From Puniceicoccaceae bacterium (GTDB lineage Bacteria > Verrucomicrobiota > Verrucomicrobiia > Opitutales > JAFGAQ01), in the NCBI GenBank assembly GCA_028285755.1, contig JANQOQ010000004.1, positions 134,720 to 198,719 of the forward strand: a stretch of 64,000 bases of DNA, given 5' to 3'. A program made the position numbers and the translations under genes. Of the stretch, positions 54,588 to 63,453 are shown one piece after another. Numbering within the stretch: the first letter of the stretch is position 1; the number at the start of each line of letters is the position of its first letter. The notes below the pieces were generated by a model. The model ran no database searches. It worked only from the letters and a program-made list of their open reading frames with translations, and was not told the origin of the DNA.

Positions 54588-55703
54588 TTACGCGGCTATT
54601 TTGGGCAGTTGAATGACTGCTGTAGTGCCATGATTGCTGGTATCTTCACTTTTCGCTTTCGACTCAAAGTGCATATCTCCGCCATAGCTCATGACTAACT
54701 TTTTAACCAGACTGAGCCCGTAACCGGTGCTTTCCTCATTCAATGTGCCTGCTCTGCGAGTTACCTTACGGGGTTCAAAAATGATAGGCAACATATACTG
54801 AGGAATACCCATACCCTTATCCCTAACCTTGAGGATCGTTTCATTCTCGGTATCCTCCGTATAGATTTCCACCTCAGAATCCGGGTATGAATACTTCAGC
54901 GCATTACTAATAATATTGCTCAAGAATATCTGTATGAATGAAGTTTTATCCACCTTTACCTGAATGCCTTCGGATACCCGGTTGATGAGCTTCACATTCT
55001 TATCGGTGAAAGCGGTCTCCCAGGATGCCAATACTTCCTGAATAAGCTCCAGCAAATCGTAAGTTTCCAAGTCAAGCTTAGCCATTTCCTGCTCAAGAAG
55101 ACCTTTCTTACGCACGAGCTCAATGGTGTTCAGGCATTTTTGGAGCGAATTTGCGACATTGGGTGCCACCATCTCGACTATGGTGTCACCGTCCTCCAAT
55201 AATTCCATTAAACCCCGACATGCCACAAGCGGGTTTCGCAAGTCGTGAGTAAGGATATGAATCAACTCGTGTTGTTCTATGATTTTACGCCGAATGCTTT
55301 CAGCATGATCGAGTGCCCTGAGCTGCGTATTTACCCGGGCATTTAATTCTGCGGTTTTAAAGGGTTTGGTAATATAATCGACCGCACCTGCTGCAAATGC
55401 CTCAGTCATGGCGTCGATCTCTTCAGTGGCCGTTAAAAATATGACTGGGATTTCGCGGTATCTCACATCTTCCTTTAGTAGTTTGAGCACTTCAATACCA
55501 TCCATGCCCGGCATTTTGAAATCGAGGAGGATGAGATCGGGGTAGTCAATTTCGACTAATTGCAAAGCCTGTTCGCCACTGGTCGCCTGAATGATCTTAT
55601 GCCCCATTTTAGTAATAATCTTCTCTAAAACCCGCTGATTAAAGGCAATATCGTCCACGATCAAAATACGTCGTCGAATTTTTTCGAGTTCTTGTTCTAT
55701 CAT
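54588..55703 (-). CDS. Cytoplasmic hybrid response-regulator/histidine kinase (REC + HisKA + HATPase_c)
   Basis: 371 aa. REC has ..ILIVDDI..DLILLDFKMPGMDG..KPF... The H-box is ..ILTHDLRNPL... The ATPase blocks are ..NIISNALKYS.., ..VRDKGMGIP.. and ..STGYGLSL... No TM or sensor domain. Confidence 0.85.
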   Translation of the reverse strand: MIEQELEKIRRRILIVDDIAFNQRVLEKIITKMGHKIIQATSGEQALQLVEIDYPDLILLDFKMPGMDGIEVLKLLKEDVRYREIPVIFLTATEEIDAMTEAFAAGAVDYITKPFKTAELNARVNTQLRALDHAESIRRKIIEQHELIHILTHDLRNPLVACRGLMELLEDGDTIVEMVAPNVANSLQKCLNTIELVRKKGLLEQEMAKLDLETYDLLELIQEVLASWETAFTDKNVKLINRVSEGIQVKVDKTSFIQIFLSNIISNALKYSYPDSEVEIYTEDTENETILKVRDKGMGIPQYMLPIIFEPRKVTRRAGTLNEESTGYGLSLVKKLVMSYGGDMHFESKAKSEDTSNHGTTAVIQLPKIAA

Positions 55704-55773
55704 ATGAGTTTTTAAGTTTACAATTAATGGCTAACCTCCAATGTAAATCGGTAAATTTGCCCTATACATTAGC

Positions 55774-56166
55774 ATGGGAAATCAAATTAATAAAATTCCT
55801 CAATCAGTGCTTATCATTGATGATAGCGATTCCTATCGTCTGCTCTACGAAACACTCCTGCGGAGCATTGGAGTAAGCAATATTGATGAAGCCCAGGATG
55901 GTATCGTTGGATATCGGAAATTCGTGATGGGGGAGTTTGATTTGGTGATATTGGCCTATCAGTTACCCCGTAAAAGTGGGCTGGATACCTTACGTGAAAT
56001 CAAGGGGACAACCATGAGTGCAAAAATCATAGTATTGACTGCTGAAAATGACAAAGAGACTGTATTAAATTCAATACGTGCCGGTGCCGATTACTACATC
56101 CAAAAAGATCTCCCCGTTAAAGAGCTTAAAAAGAAGCTCGTAGAGGTATTTAACAAGATCCTTTGA
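55774..56166 (+). CDS. Single-domain CheY-like receiver with Ala at the phospho-acceptor position (pseudo-receiver)
   Basis: 130 aa. ..VLIIDDSDS.. keeps the acidic pair. ..FDLVILA61YQLPRKSG.. aligns with CheY FGFVISD57WNMPNMDG, so Asp is replaced by Ala (GCC, 55954-55956). ..IVLTAEND.. keeps the Thr and ..YYIQKDL.. keeps the Lys. Confidence 0.8.
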   Translation: MGNQINKIPQSVLIIDDSDSYRLLYETLLRSIGVSNIDEAQDGIVGYRKFVMGEFDLVILAYQLPRKSGLDTLREIKGTTMSAKIIVLTAENDKETVLNSIRAGADYYIQKDLPVKELKKKLVEVFNKIL

Positions 56167-56326
56167 GGGATAGCCTCCTGATTGGTTTTGCATTTAGGAA
56201 TATTCTCGTGAATTTCATCTAAATGTTGCCAATACCCTAGAAATTATCATTATTATAATAGGCACGTTAATATAATTGTTTTACCTGAATCCAATTTATT
56301 CCCGTTAGGGTATACATCTATAAATT

Positions 56327-56806
56327 ATGAAAACGTTATTAGCACTCGTTTTAGTACCACTTTTGTTTACTGCTCTCAGCGCAGACACCTCTGAAAAAGA
56401 AAACGCTCCCACATTGGTCGTAGAACTGGATGGCTTTGGGTTCCGTGGGGATCTCACATGGATCCAGTTTGAAAAGGGAATGAAAAGAGCGTTTGAAGAG
56501 AAAGGGGTTCCCTATGAACTCGATTTTAAGCGTTTTCCGGTACGCGACTATAAAGGAAATCCTGCTTTGGAGATCCGCTTGAATCAGTGGAGAAAACATG
56601 TAGGCGGGATCCGGCAAATCAATTTCTGGCTTACGCACGTATCTAGCAACGGTGAGAAAACCGAGTTGGATATCGTTCACTATCAGGATGTTCCATTTGA
56701 TGTGAGTACTCTGCAGCTCGAAAGAAACCTGGAAAATGAAGCTTATGAGGCATCCAAATTAATGCTCGAACGCATCGAGGAGCGTATCTCATTAGCTGCG
56801 CTATAA
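56327..56806 (+). CDS. Hypothetical secreted protein (159 aa)
   Basis: Signal peptide MKTLLALVLVPLLFTALSA. No family recognised. Confidence 0.5.
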   Translation: MKTLLALVLVPLLFTALSADTSEKENAPTLVVELDGFGFRGDLTWIQFEKGMKRAFEEKGVPYELDFKRFPVRDYKGNPALEIRLNQWRKHVGGIRQINFWLTHVSSNGEKTELDIVHYQDVPFDVSTLQLERNLENEAYEASKLMLERIEERISLAAL

Positions 56807-56863
56807 CCGGGTTTTACAGTTAACTGATTGCCCCTTTTAATGGGCATATAATCGACCTAGCTT

Positions 56864-56883
56864 ATCGGGGTTCTTACCCCGAT
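56864..56883 (+). other. GC-rich 8-bp hairpin ending at the base before the start codon of the DUF1080-sulfatase operon
   Basis: atcggggt (56864-56871) pairs with accccgat (56876-56883), loop tctt. The ATG is at 56884-56886. No U-tract follows on either strand. Confidence 0.5.
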
Positions 56884-57627
56884 ATGAAAAAATCACTATT
56901 CACACTACTATTAGCGTTTAGTTGCCTCCACTGGAGCCACGCCGAAAAAGTAGCACTTTTTAACGGCAAAGATCTCGACGGATGGTATGTAGTCATCCGC
57001 GACCAGGGCAAAGTTCTCAATCAAGATATATTCAAGGCTTCCGGTGATACTATTCATGTATATCCCACTCAGGTAGACGGTTCCAATCAGCCGTTTGCAG
57101 GATTAATTACCAAAGAGAGCTACAGCCACTATAAACTGACATTGGAATATAAATGGGGTGAGGCTAAATTTGAACCACGCTATGAGCGCGTGCGGGATGC
57201 CGGCATCATGTATCACCTTTTTGGTGACGAGATCATCTGGCCAAATTCCCTTGAATGCCAAATCCAGGAAGGGGATACTGGGGATGTCTGGCTGGTGGGT
57301 GCTCAGGCAGAGTCCCGGGTGCAATCCGTCATACGCAACTACTCCCCCAATGGTGATTTGGTAACCCGGGGCGGCGAGGGGGCGCGTTTTGCCCGATTCC
57401 ACCGAGGGTACTATTGGGAAAAACCCGGCTGGAATCAGATAGAACTGATCGTTGAAGGCGATGATTCCAGGTTCTATGTCAACGGTAAGCTCGTCAACGA
57501 GATCATTGACGCACGGTATCCAACGGAGTCCGGCTCCTGGAGGCCATTGACCCAGGGCAAAATACTGCTGCAAGCCGAAGGCGCGGAAATCTTCTATCGC
57601 AATATCTACCTCGAATCTTTGAAATAA
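56884..57627 (+). CDS. Secreted DUF1080 / 3-keto-disaccharide hydrolase-like domain protein
   Basis: 247 aa with a signal peptide. ..LFNGKDLDGWYVV.., ..HYKLTLEYKWG.., ..DAGIMYH.., ..ECQIQEGDTGDVW.. and the C-terminal ..IFYRNIYLESL fit the DUF1080 pattern. Confidence 0.75.
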   Translation: MKKSLFTLLLAFSCLHWSHAEKVALFNGKDLDGWYVVIRDQGKVLNQDIFKASGDTIHVYPTQVDGSNQPFAGLITKESYSHYKLTLEYKWGEAKFEPRYERVRDAGIMYHLFGDEIIWPNSLECQIQEGDTGDVWLVGAQAESRVQSVIRNYSPNGDLVTRGGEGARFARFHRGYYWEKPGWNQIELIVEGDDSRFYVNGKLVNEIIDARYPTESGSWRPLTQGKILLQAEGAEIFYRNIYLESLK

Positions 57628-57632
57628 TACCC

Positions 57633-59252
57633 ATGCAGACGCGTCTACCCCTCCTCTTAAGCCTACTCGCTTTTTTTATATCCTTCACTTACCATGCGAT
57701 CGCTCAGTCTCCCCATTCAGAACGTCCAAATATCATTCTGGTATTGGTCGATGATATGGGTTATTCAGACCTGGGATGCTACGGAAGTGAGATTAAAACA
57801 CCTCATCTCGACACGCTTGCATCGGGGGGTATCCGTTTTAAACAATTCTATAATACCGCACGTTGCTGCCCTACGCGGGCATCCCTGTTGACCGGCCTTT
57901 ACCAGCACCAAACCGGTATTGGGCTTATGACTTCGGGCGGTCGCTGGGACTTTGACTTTGGCGTAGAGGGTTATCGGGGACAGTTAAACCGCAGATGTAT
58001 AACCCTTGCGGAAATTCTCAGACGTGAAGGCTACCACACATACATGACCGGCAAATGGCATCTGGGCGGAAATGATCCGGATGATCTGCCACTCCAGCGG
58101 GGTTTCGACCGGTATTTTGGAACTCCGGCGGGAGCCTCCAGTTTTTTTAAACCGCAGGGCAATCAAAGTCTCTACATGGGAAATGATCGTTTACCCCCGC
58201 CTGATCCGACCACTTTTTACACCACCGACGCATACACCGATTATGCAATCGAGTTCATTGAGGAAAACCCGGCTGGTGAGCCTTTTTTCCTTTATCTTGC
58301 ATACAATGCACCGCATTGGCCTCTCCACGCTAAACAATCGGATATCGAGAAATATGTAGGCAAATACAAGGTAGGCTGGGATCAGCTTCGGAATGCACGT
58401 CTCACGCGCCAGAAGGAGCTCGGCATGATACCCGAAGGCTTTGAGATGTCTCCCCGGGATGAGCGCGTCCGCCCGTGGACGGAGGTTGATAAAGCACAGA
58501 AGATAGAATCCGACTATCGCATGGCGGTATATGCGGCACAAGTCGACTGTGTGGACCAGAACATGGGCAAGCTCATTGCTTTCCTCAAAGAGCGCGGAGA
58601 GTATGAAAATACGTTGATTCTATTTCTATCCGATAATGGAGCATCCCCCGAGCCGCACAATGAATTCGGCGGCCAAACTATCGCGGATATTAATGACCCC
58701 AATAACGGCGGCATCGTGTCCTACGGCATCGGTTGGGCAAATCTATCCAATACGCCCTACCCGCTCTACAAACGACATGCGGAGGAAGGCGGTATTCGCA
58801 CATCCTTCATCGCCCACTGGCCAGCCGGTATCAATGAAGACTTAGTCGGAACATGGATTAGTGGCACAGGCCACATTCTGGATGTGATGCCTACGGTCGT
58901 TGAGATTACTGGTGCTCATTACCCAACGATGCACAAGGGCTCCAGTATTTACCCGATGGAGGGGCATTCGCTTACCCCCTATTTTAGCAAAGGAAAGCGA
59001 CACTTTCAGCCCACCTACTTTTTTGAACATACTGACAATTGCGGGATTCGTCACGGCAACTGGAAAATGGTAAGTCGCTTTGGGGAATTCGACTGGAAAC
59101 TCTACAAACTTGAGAGCGACCCCATCGAACAAGTAAATATCGCGGCGAAACATCCCGACATCGTCTCAGAGCTGGCAGCAGCCTGGCATACCTGGGCAGC
59201 CCGCGTAGGTGCTACCCCCAAAGGCACGCGCACTGAAAACAGCTATCGTTAA
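57633..59252 (+). CDS. Arylsulfatase (Cys-type formylglycine sulfatase)
   Basis: 539 aa with a signal peptide. ..PNIILVLVDDMGYSDLGCYG.., ..ARCCPTRASLLTG.. (CxPxR) and ..LFLSDNGAS... Confidence 0.9.
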   Translation: MQTRLPLLLSLLAFFISFTYHAIAQSPHSERPNIILVLVDDMGYSDLGCYGSEIKTPHLDTLASGGIRFKQFYNTARCCPTRASLLTGLYQHQTGIGLMTSGGRWDFDFGVEGYRGQLNRRCITLAEILRREGYHTYMTGKWHLGGNDPDDLPLQRGFDRYFGTPAGASSFFKPQGNQSLYMGNDRLPPPDPTTFYTTDAYTDYAIEFIEENPAGEPFFLYLAYNAPHWPLHAKQSDIEKYVGKYKVGWDQLRNARLTRQKELGMIPEGFEMSPRDERVRPWTEVDKAQKIESDYRMAVYAAQVDCVDQNMGKLIAFLKERGEYENTLILFLSDNGASPEPHNEFGGQTIADINDPNNGGIVSYGIGWANLSNTPYPLYKRHAEEGGIRTSFIAHWPAGINEDLVGTWISGTGHILDVMPTVVEITGAHYPTMHKGSSIYPMEGHSLTPYFSKGKRHFQPTYFFEHTDNCGIRHGNWKMVSRFGEFDWKLYKLESDPIEQVNIAAKHPDIVSELAAAWHTWAARVGATPKGTRTENSYR

Positions 59253-59258
59253 TTCTTT

Positions 59259-60857
59259 ATGAAGCATTTTTTGATTTGGGCAGTTGGAGCTTTTCTGACT
59301 ACGTCTTCTCTATTCGGGAATAAGGCACAACCGAATTTTCTATTCATCGCGGTAGACGATCTGAATGTTTACAACACAGTACTCGGGGATCACCCATCCA
59401 GTTTCCTCACTAAAATTTATCCGGACGACTCTCTCCGCAAAGACGTCGTAAAAAGACTCACTCCGAATATCCAACGCTTATCGGACCTGGGGCTTACCTT
59501 TAATAACGCATTCTGCCCCTACCCGCTCTGTGGCCCATCCCGCACTGCGTTGCTGACCGGGGTTCCGCCCCATGTTTCCGGCTACTACGAGCACGACCGG
59601 CATTTTCGCGCGTATCAGACGCTGACCAAAACGATTACCTTACCCGAGTTCCTCAAAAAGAACGGATACTACACAGCCGGTATTGGCAAAGTATTTCATA
59701 AGGGGCGATCTTATCTGGATCGAGGATACTTCTCGGATTGGCCTGACCAGCTATACTCCTGGTCGGATTGGGTTGAAGCGAATTCAGGCACCGGCCGCAC
59801 TGCCGGCTCAAGCGTTCCATTCGAAGAGAAGCGCTCGAAATACTGGGATCAGCAAGGACGATCCCCAACCAACTTTACAAGATTTGGAGTCACTAATCTA
59901 CCTCAGGAAGAGAGTAATGACTACGAGAACGCACGATTCATAGCTGATTTAATGGTAAATAGGAAAGCCACTATCGTGGATATACAGCGGGAAAAGCGAA
60001 CTCTAAAGCTGCCCGAAAATACTCCCTATTTCCTGGCATGCGGCCTGTTTGCTCCCCATTTGCCATTTGTAGCTCAGCAGGAATATTTTGACCTTTTTCC
60101 CCAAGATGAAATGGCAATCGGGGATGAACTCCTGAATTGGATCCAGGAAGACCTCAAAGACCTTTCGCAAACCGCTCAGAACATGACAAGTAACACCCAC
60201 TTCAGTCGGCTCCTCAAATTTGGAAAAACCCTGGATGGTACCGGCGGTGATATCAACGCCTGGAAAGCCTATTTTCAAGCCTACCTGGCGACCATTGCCT
60301 ACAGTGATCACAATATCGGGATGCTCGTGGACGCCATCGAAGAGAATCCACAGCGTGAGAATACGATTGTATTTCTCTGGAGCGACCACGGATATCACCT
60401 GGGGGATAAAAACCGCTCTGGCAAAACCACACTGTGGGAAGCTGCTAATCACAGCAATCTGATCATTTATCACCCCGCATTAGAAGGGGCTAATCGGGGA
60501 TTAAGGACAGATGCTACCGTGAGCCTGCAGGACATCTACCCAACCATTGTAGCGCTTGCGGGATTAGAGCGCCCGGCACATATCTACGGTTTTAATCTTA
60601 AGCCCATTCTTAAAGATCCAGATATCGATTGGCCTCATGCGGTGCTCAATACCAATGGAGAAGGCAACCACTCCCTGAGAACACAGAACTATCGATACAT
60701 CCGCTTTAAGAACGGAGATCAGGAGCTCTACGCTCTTAAAAAGGACCCGCTCGAATATGACAACCTGGCAAACCTAGAAAAATACCAGGATATGCTCGAG
60801 CAGTTCAGCAGGCAATTGGATCAGCGGCTGGCGATGGGTCCTCGCGATTTCAAATGA
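59259..60857 (+). CDS. Sulfatase (Cys-type formylglycine sulfatase)
   Basis: 532 aa with a signal peptide. ..PNFLFIAVDDLN.., ..PLCGPSRTALLTG.. (CxPxR) and ..FLWSDHGYHLG... Confidence 0.85.
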   Translation: MKHFLIWAVGAFLTTSSLFGNKAQPNFLFIAVDDLNVYNTVLGDHPSSFLTKIYPDDSLRKDVVKRLTPNIQRLSDLGLTFNNAFCPYPLCGPSRTALLTGVPPHVSGYYEHDRHFRAYQTLTKTITLPEFLKKNGYYTAGIGKVFHKGRSYLDRGYFSDWPDQLYSWSDWVEANSGTGRTAGSSVPFEEKRSKYWDQQGRSPTNFTRFGVTNLPQEESNDYENARFIADLMVNRKATIVDIQREKRTLKLPENTPYFLACGLFAPHLPFVAQQEYFDLFPQDEMAIGDELLNWIQEDLKDLSQTAQNMTSNTHFSRLLKFGKTLDGTGGDINAWKAYFQAYLATIAYSDHNIGMLVDAIEENPQRENTIVFLWSDHGYHLGDKNRSGKTTLWEAANHSNLIIYHPALEGANRGLRTDATVSLQDIYPTIVALAGLERPAHIYGFNLKPILKDPDIDWPHAVLNTNGEGNHSLRTQNYRYIRFKNGDQELYALKKDPLEYDNLANLEKYQDMLEQFSRQLDQRLAMGPRDFK

Positions 60858-60863
60858 CTTCAT

Positions 60864-60894
60864 CTTTTGTTTACAAATAAAAGAGTTTGTTTTT
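60864..60894 (+). terminator. Weak intrinsic terminator candidate after the sulfatase operon
   Basis: cttttgtt (60864-60871) pairs with aataaaag (60876-60883), including one G-U pair. It is followed by agTTTgTTTTT (60884-60894). The stem is AT-rich. Confidence 0.4.
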
Positions 60895-60923
60895 GAATCC
60901 AATTTTGTTTAATAAATTATTTC

Positions 60924-61472
60924 ATGACTGTTATAGAACGCAATGCGATTGAAATGGCTCAATCGTTGGTCCTGCGCTCAGGCTTCCCCATTGGTGAAGC
61001 TGAGCTTAAGACATTACAAACCAATGACTTTGGCCTCAATAATTTTGAACATGAGGGCTTTGTATTTACCGACCTTCTGCGCACCCCTTTTGTGAGAATG
61101 ACACTTATGGTGTTCCTACCCGGGCAAACCCTCCCCCAACATAAACACCCTCCCCACGAGGACTCACCGGGCAAGGAGGAATCCGTGCGCACGCTCTGGG
61201 GGCAATTCAAAGTATATGTAGAAGGAGATTCTCACAGGCAGGATTTAGTGTTTCCTGAATCCAAGGAACCCTACTATACCGCGCGCAAAGAAACGGTGCT
61301 CGAAGTCAATGAACAATTCTCAGTACCTCCGGATACTGCACACTGGTTTCAGGCCGGGCCTGAAGGTGCAGTCGTACTTGCAGTTCAAAACCGGGTCAAC
61401 GAGGACTACAATCAATTCTACGATCCCCAGAGCACTGGGTGCCCGATCCCGCAGAACAATATCCAGGACTGA
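60924..61472 (+). CDS. Cupin-fold sugar isomerase-like protein (D-lyxose/D-mannose isomerase family, tentative)
   Basis: 182 aa. ..LPGQTLPQHKHPPHEDSPGKEESVRTLWGQFKVYVEGD.. resembles the metal-binding block of YdaE-type D-lyxose isomerases (..H.HP......GK.E.F....G...L.V.G.). Recalled from memory. Confidence 0.55.
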   Translation: MTVIERNAIEMAQSLVLRSGFPIGEAELKTLQTNDFGLNNFEHEGFVFTDLLRTPFVRMTLMVFLPGQTLPQHKHPPHEDSPGKEESVRTLWGQFKVYVEGDSHRQDLVFPESKEPYYTARKETVLEVNEQFSVPPDTAHWFQAGPEGAVVLAVQNRVNEDYNQFYDPQSTGCPIPQNNIQD

Positions 61473-61478
61473 TTAGTT

Positions 61479-61787
61479 ATGCTGCATGTGGTTGCTTTTA
61501 TCGACTTTGAAGCAGAACGGCTTAACGATCTAAAGGAAATCTACCAAAATTTCACACCTAGAGTGCGTGAGGAACCCGGCTGCATTCAATATACCCCTAC
61601 CTTGGATTTCGATACTGAGCTACCGAATCAAATCAGAGATAGTTCTCAGATTACAGTTACCGAAATTTGGGAAGATTATAAGGCGTTCCAGACTCATTTA
61701 AAGGCCCCCCATGTGATCGAGTTTCGCAAACAGATTCAGGGGATCGTTAAGCAGGTAAACGTGAAGGTCCTGCAACCGATTACTTAG
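61479..61787 (+). CDS. ABM (antibiotic biosynthesis monooxygenase-like) ferredoxin-fold domain protein
   Basis: 102 aa. ..REEPGCIQYTP.. and ..ITVTEIWEDYKAFQTHLKAPHV.. match the ABM pattern. Confidence 0.6.
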   Translation: MLHVVAFIDFEAERLNDLKEIYQNFTPRVREEPGCIQYTPTLDFDTELPNQIRDSSQITVTEIWEDYKAFQTHLKAPHVIEFRKQIQGIVKQVNVKVLQPIT

Positions 61788-62436
61788 CCGAATTTTCAGC
61801 TTCCATTCGCTCTTCAATGGTTCGAATGGTCATACTCAAGTGATAATCCATGGCATCTGAAGCTGCCTTGGCATCGCGCTTTGCTATGGCATCGATGATG
61901 CGGATATGCTCGTCATAGGTTTGTTGAGGCAGCCTGAGCAGGCCATACTGGAGCGTTGTCTTTAGGACACTGCCCACCATGGGCACACTATTGATCACCG
62001 AATTCCCGGAACCCTCCAATATGCGATTGTGAAAAACATGATCCGCATGCTGATACTCCCGAACATTAATCGCATCTTTATTATTTTCAAAGGGCTTAAA
62101 TATCGCATAAAGCTCTTCGATCTCAGTTTCCGTCATTCGCTCAGCAGCAAGCCCGGAACACATCGCCTCGACGCAACATCTCAATTGAAAAGCATCCCGG
62201 AGTTCCAGTGTGCTCATCTTTCGCACATACATCCCCCTGCGTGGGATACTGACTACGAGCATATCTCCTTCAAGCAGTTGCAACGCCCTCAATAATGGAG
62301 TGCGGCTCACACCGAGTTTCGCTGCGAGCTCTTCCTGGGTTAGCTTCTCACCTGGCAAAAGCTCACCTTCGAGTATCATATCGCGCACTTTATTATACAG
62401 CTCGCGAATCAAATCGTCACTCTTAACTTTGGGCAT
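61780..62436 (-). CDS. GntR-family transcriptional regulator (FadR/FCD subfamily)
   Basis: 218 aa. The wHTH is ..GEKLTQEELAAKLGVSRTPLLRALQLLEGDMLV... The C-terminal helical FCD-type domain has His residues (..HADHVFH..). Confidence 0.85.
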   Translation of the reverse strand: MPKVKSDDLIRELYNKVRDMILEGELLPGEKLTQEELAAKLGVSRTPLLRALQLLEGDMLVVSIPRRGMYVRKMSTLELRDAFQLRCCVEAMCSGLAAERMTETEIEELYAIFKPFENNKDAINVREYQHADHVFHNRILEGSGNSVINSVPMVGSVLKTTLQYGLLRLPQQTYDEHIRIIDAIAKRDAKAASDAMDYHLSMTIRTIEERMEAENSAK

Positions 62437-62461
62437 TTAACAACACATTCTTCCTCGAACT

Positions 62462-63421
62462 TTAAAGACGGTAGATTTCCGTTTTTACCATCTCCATGAG
62501 CTCCAGGCTTTTCTCCTGTGCCATTAAGTCCAGAAATGCCTGACGGTCAAGCCTTTCAATGAGCTCCCATAGCGCATTTGCAAATTCAGTATGCTTCTGA
62601 AAATAACCTACGCGATCGAATATTCGTGGACTGGCATCGGTCGTAAAGTGCTTATCATAGCCCAGCTCCTTGGCGTAAAACAGCATCTCGGCAAAATGCA
62701 GGAAATGGCGTGATCCTGAAGAGAGGTCCCAGTCATGGCGCGCATCGTTGTCATTAATATGGATGTAATAGCCAAAACCAGAATCCGCAATCTGCATGAG
62801 CGAACGTGCAGGATTCTCGCCCGCATACATACTATGCCCGAAGTCTAGCGTCACACCCGTTGCGGGATTACCAATGTCTTTAAGCAACAGCAATGCTGCA
62901 GCTGTAGTATCAATGGTACAATGCACACGGGTTTCATTAAACTTAGGCTCTACATAGAGGGGAATATGTGGCTTATAGTCCGCAGCTTCTCCAAAAGTCT
63001 CTACTGTGTTCTTCCAGGCATCCGAATAATTCACCTGAAACAGGTGGTCGTAGCCATCGGATAGTGGGCAGCAGGTCACCAGCGGCGCACCTACCGTTTC
63101 CGCAAAATCCTTCGCCTGCTTGATGTAGCTAACGGCCTGATCCCGAATCTCCTTACTGGGGCGACTCAAAGCACCCGGGACAAATATCTCTTCCTTTTTG
63201 ATGTTTACGTTGATCGCAGCGAACTCAAGCCCGAGAGAACCCATCCACTCCATTGTTTCCATACTTTCGCCGGTTTCATAAGGGTAGATCATTTCAATCC
63301 CCTTGAATGATTCTACCTGGGCAGCGAGTTTGAGTTTTTCAAACGTATTTGCGGGACTTTGATAACTCGAGAAGCGATCCTGGCTCTGACCCAGAAAGGC
63401 GATGATGATTCCTTGTTTCAT
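62462..63421 (-). CDS. Xylose-isomerase-like TIM-barrel protein (sugar phosphate isomerase/epimerase)
   Basis: 319 aa with ..PLYVEPKFNE.., ..GVTLDFGHSMYAGE.. and ..YYIHINDND.., the metal-ligand pattern of the AP-endonuclease-2/xylose-isomerase TIM-barrel family. Confidence 0.75.
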   Translation of the reverse strand: MKQGIIIAFLGQSQDRFSSYQSPANTFEKLKLAAQVESFKGIEMIYPYETGESMETMEWMGSLGLEFAAINVNIKKEEIFVPGALSRPSKEIRDQAVSYIKQAKDFAETVGAPLVTCCPLSDGYDHLFQVNYSDAWKNTVETFGEAADYKPHIPLYVEPKFNETRVHCTIDTTAAALLLLKDIGNPATGVTLDFGHSMYAGENPARSLMQIADSGFGYYIHINDNDARHDWDLSSGSRHFLHFAEMLFYAKELGYDKHFTTDASPRIFDRVGYFQKHTEFANALWELIERLDRQAFLDLMAQEKSLELMEMVKTEIYRL

Positions 63422-63453
63422 AATAGAGTATTAGGGTATAACAGCAATTGGGG

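Noticed and set aside
56232-56313. 8-bp inverted repeat ATACCCTA / TAGGGTAT flanking the AT-rich region upstream of the 159-aa ORF
   Set aside because: It is a single 8-mer pair separated by 66 nt in a 160-bp region. By rough estimate this is not far from chance expectation, and there is no supporting second feature.
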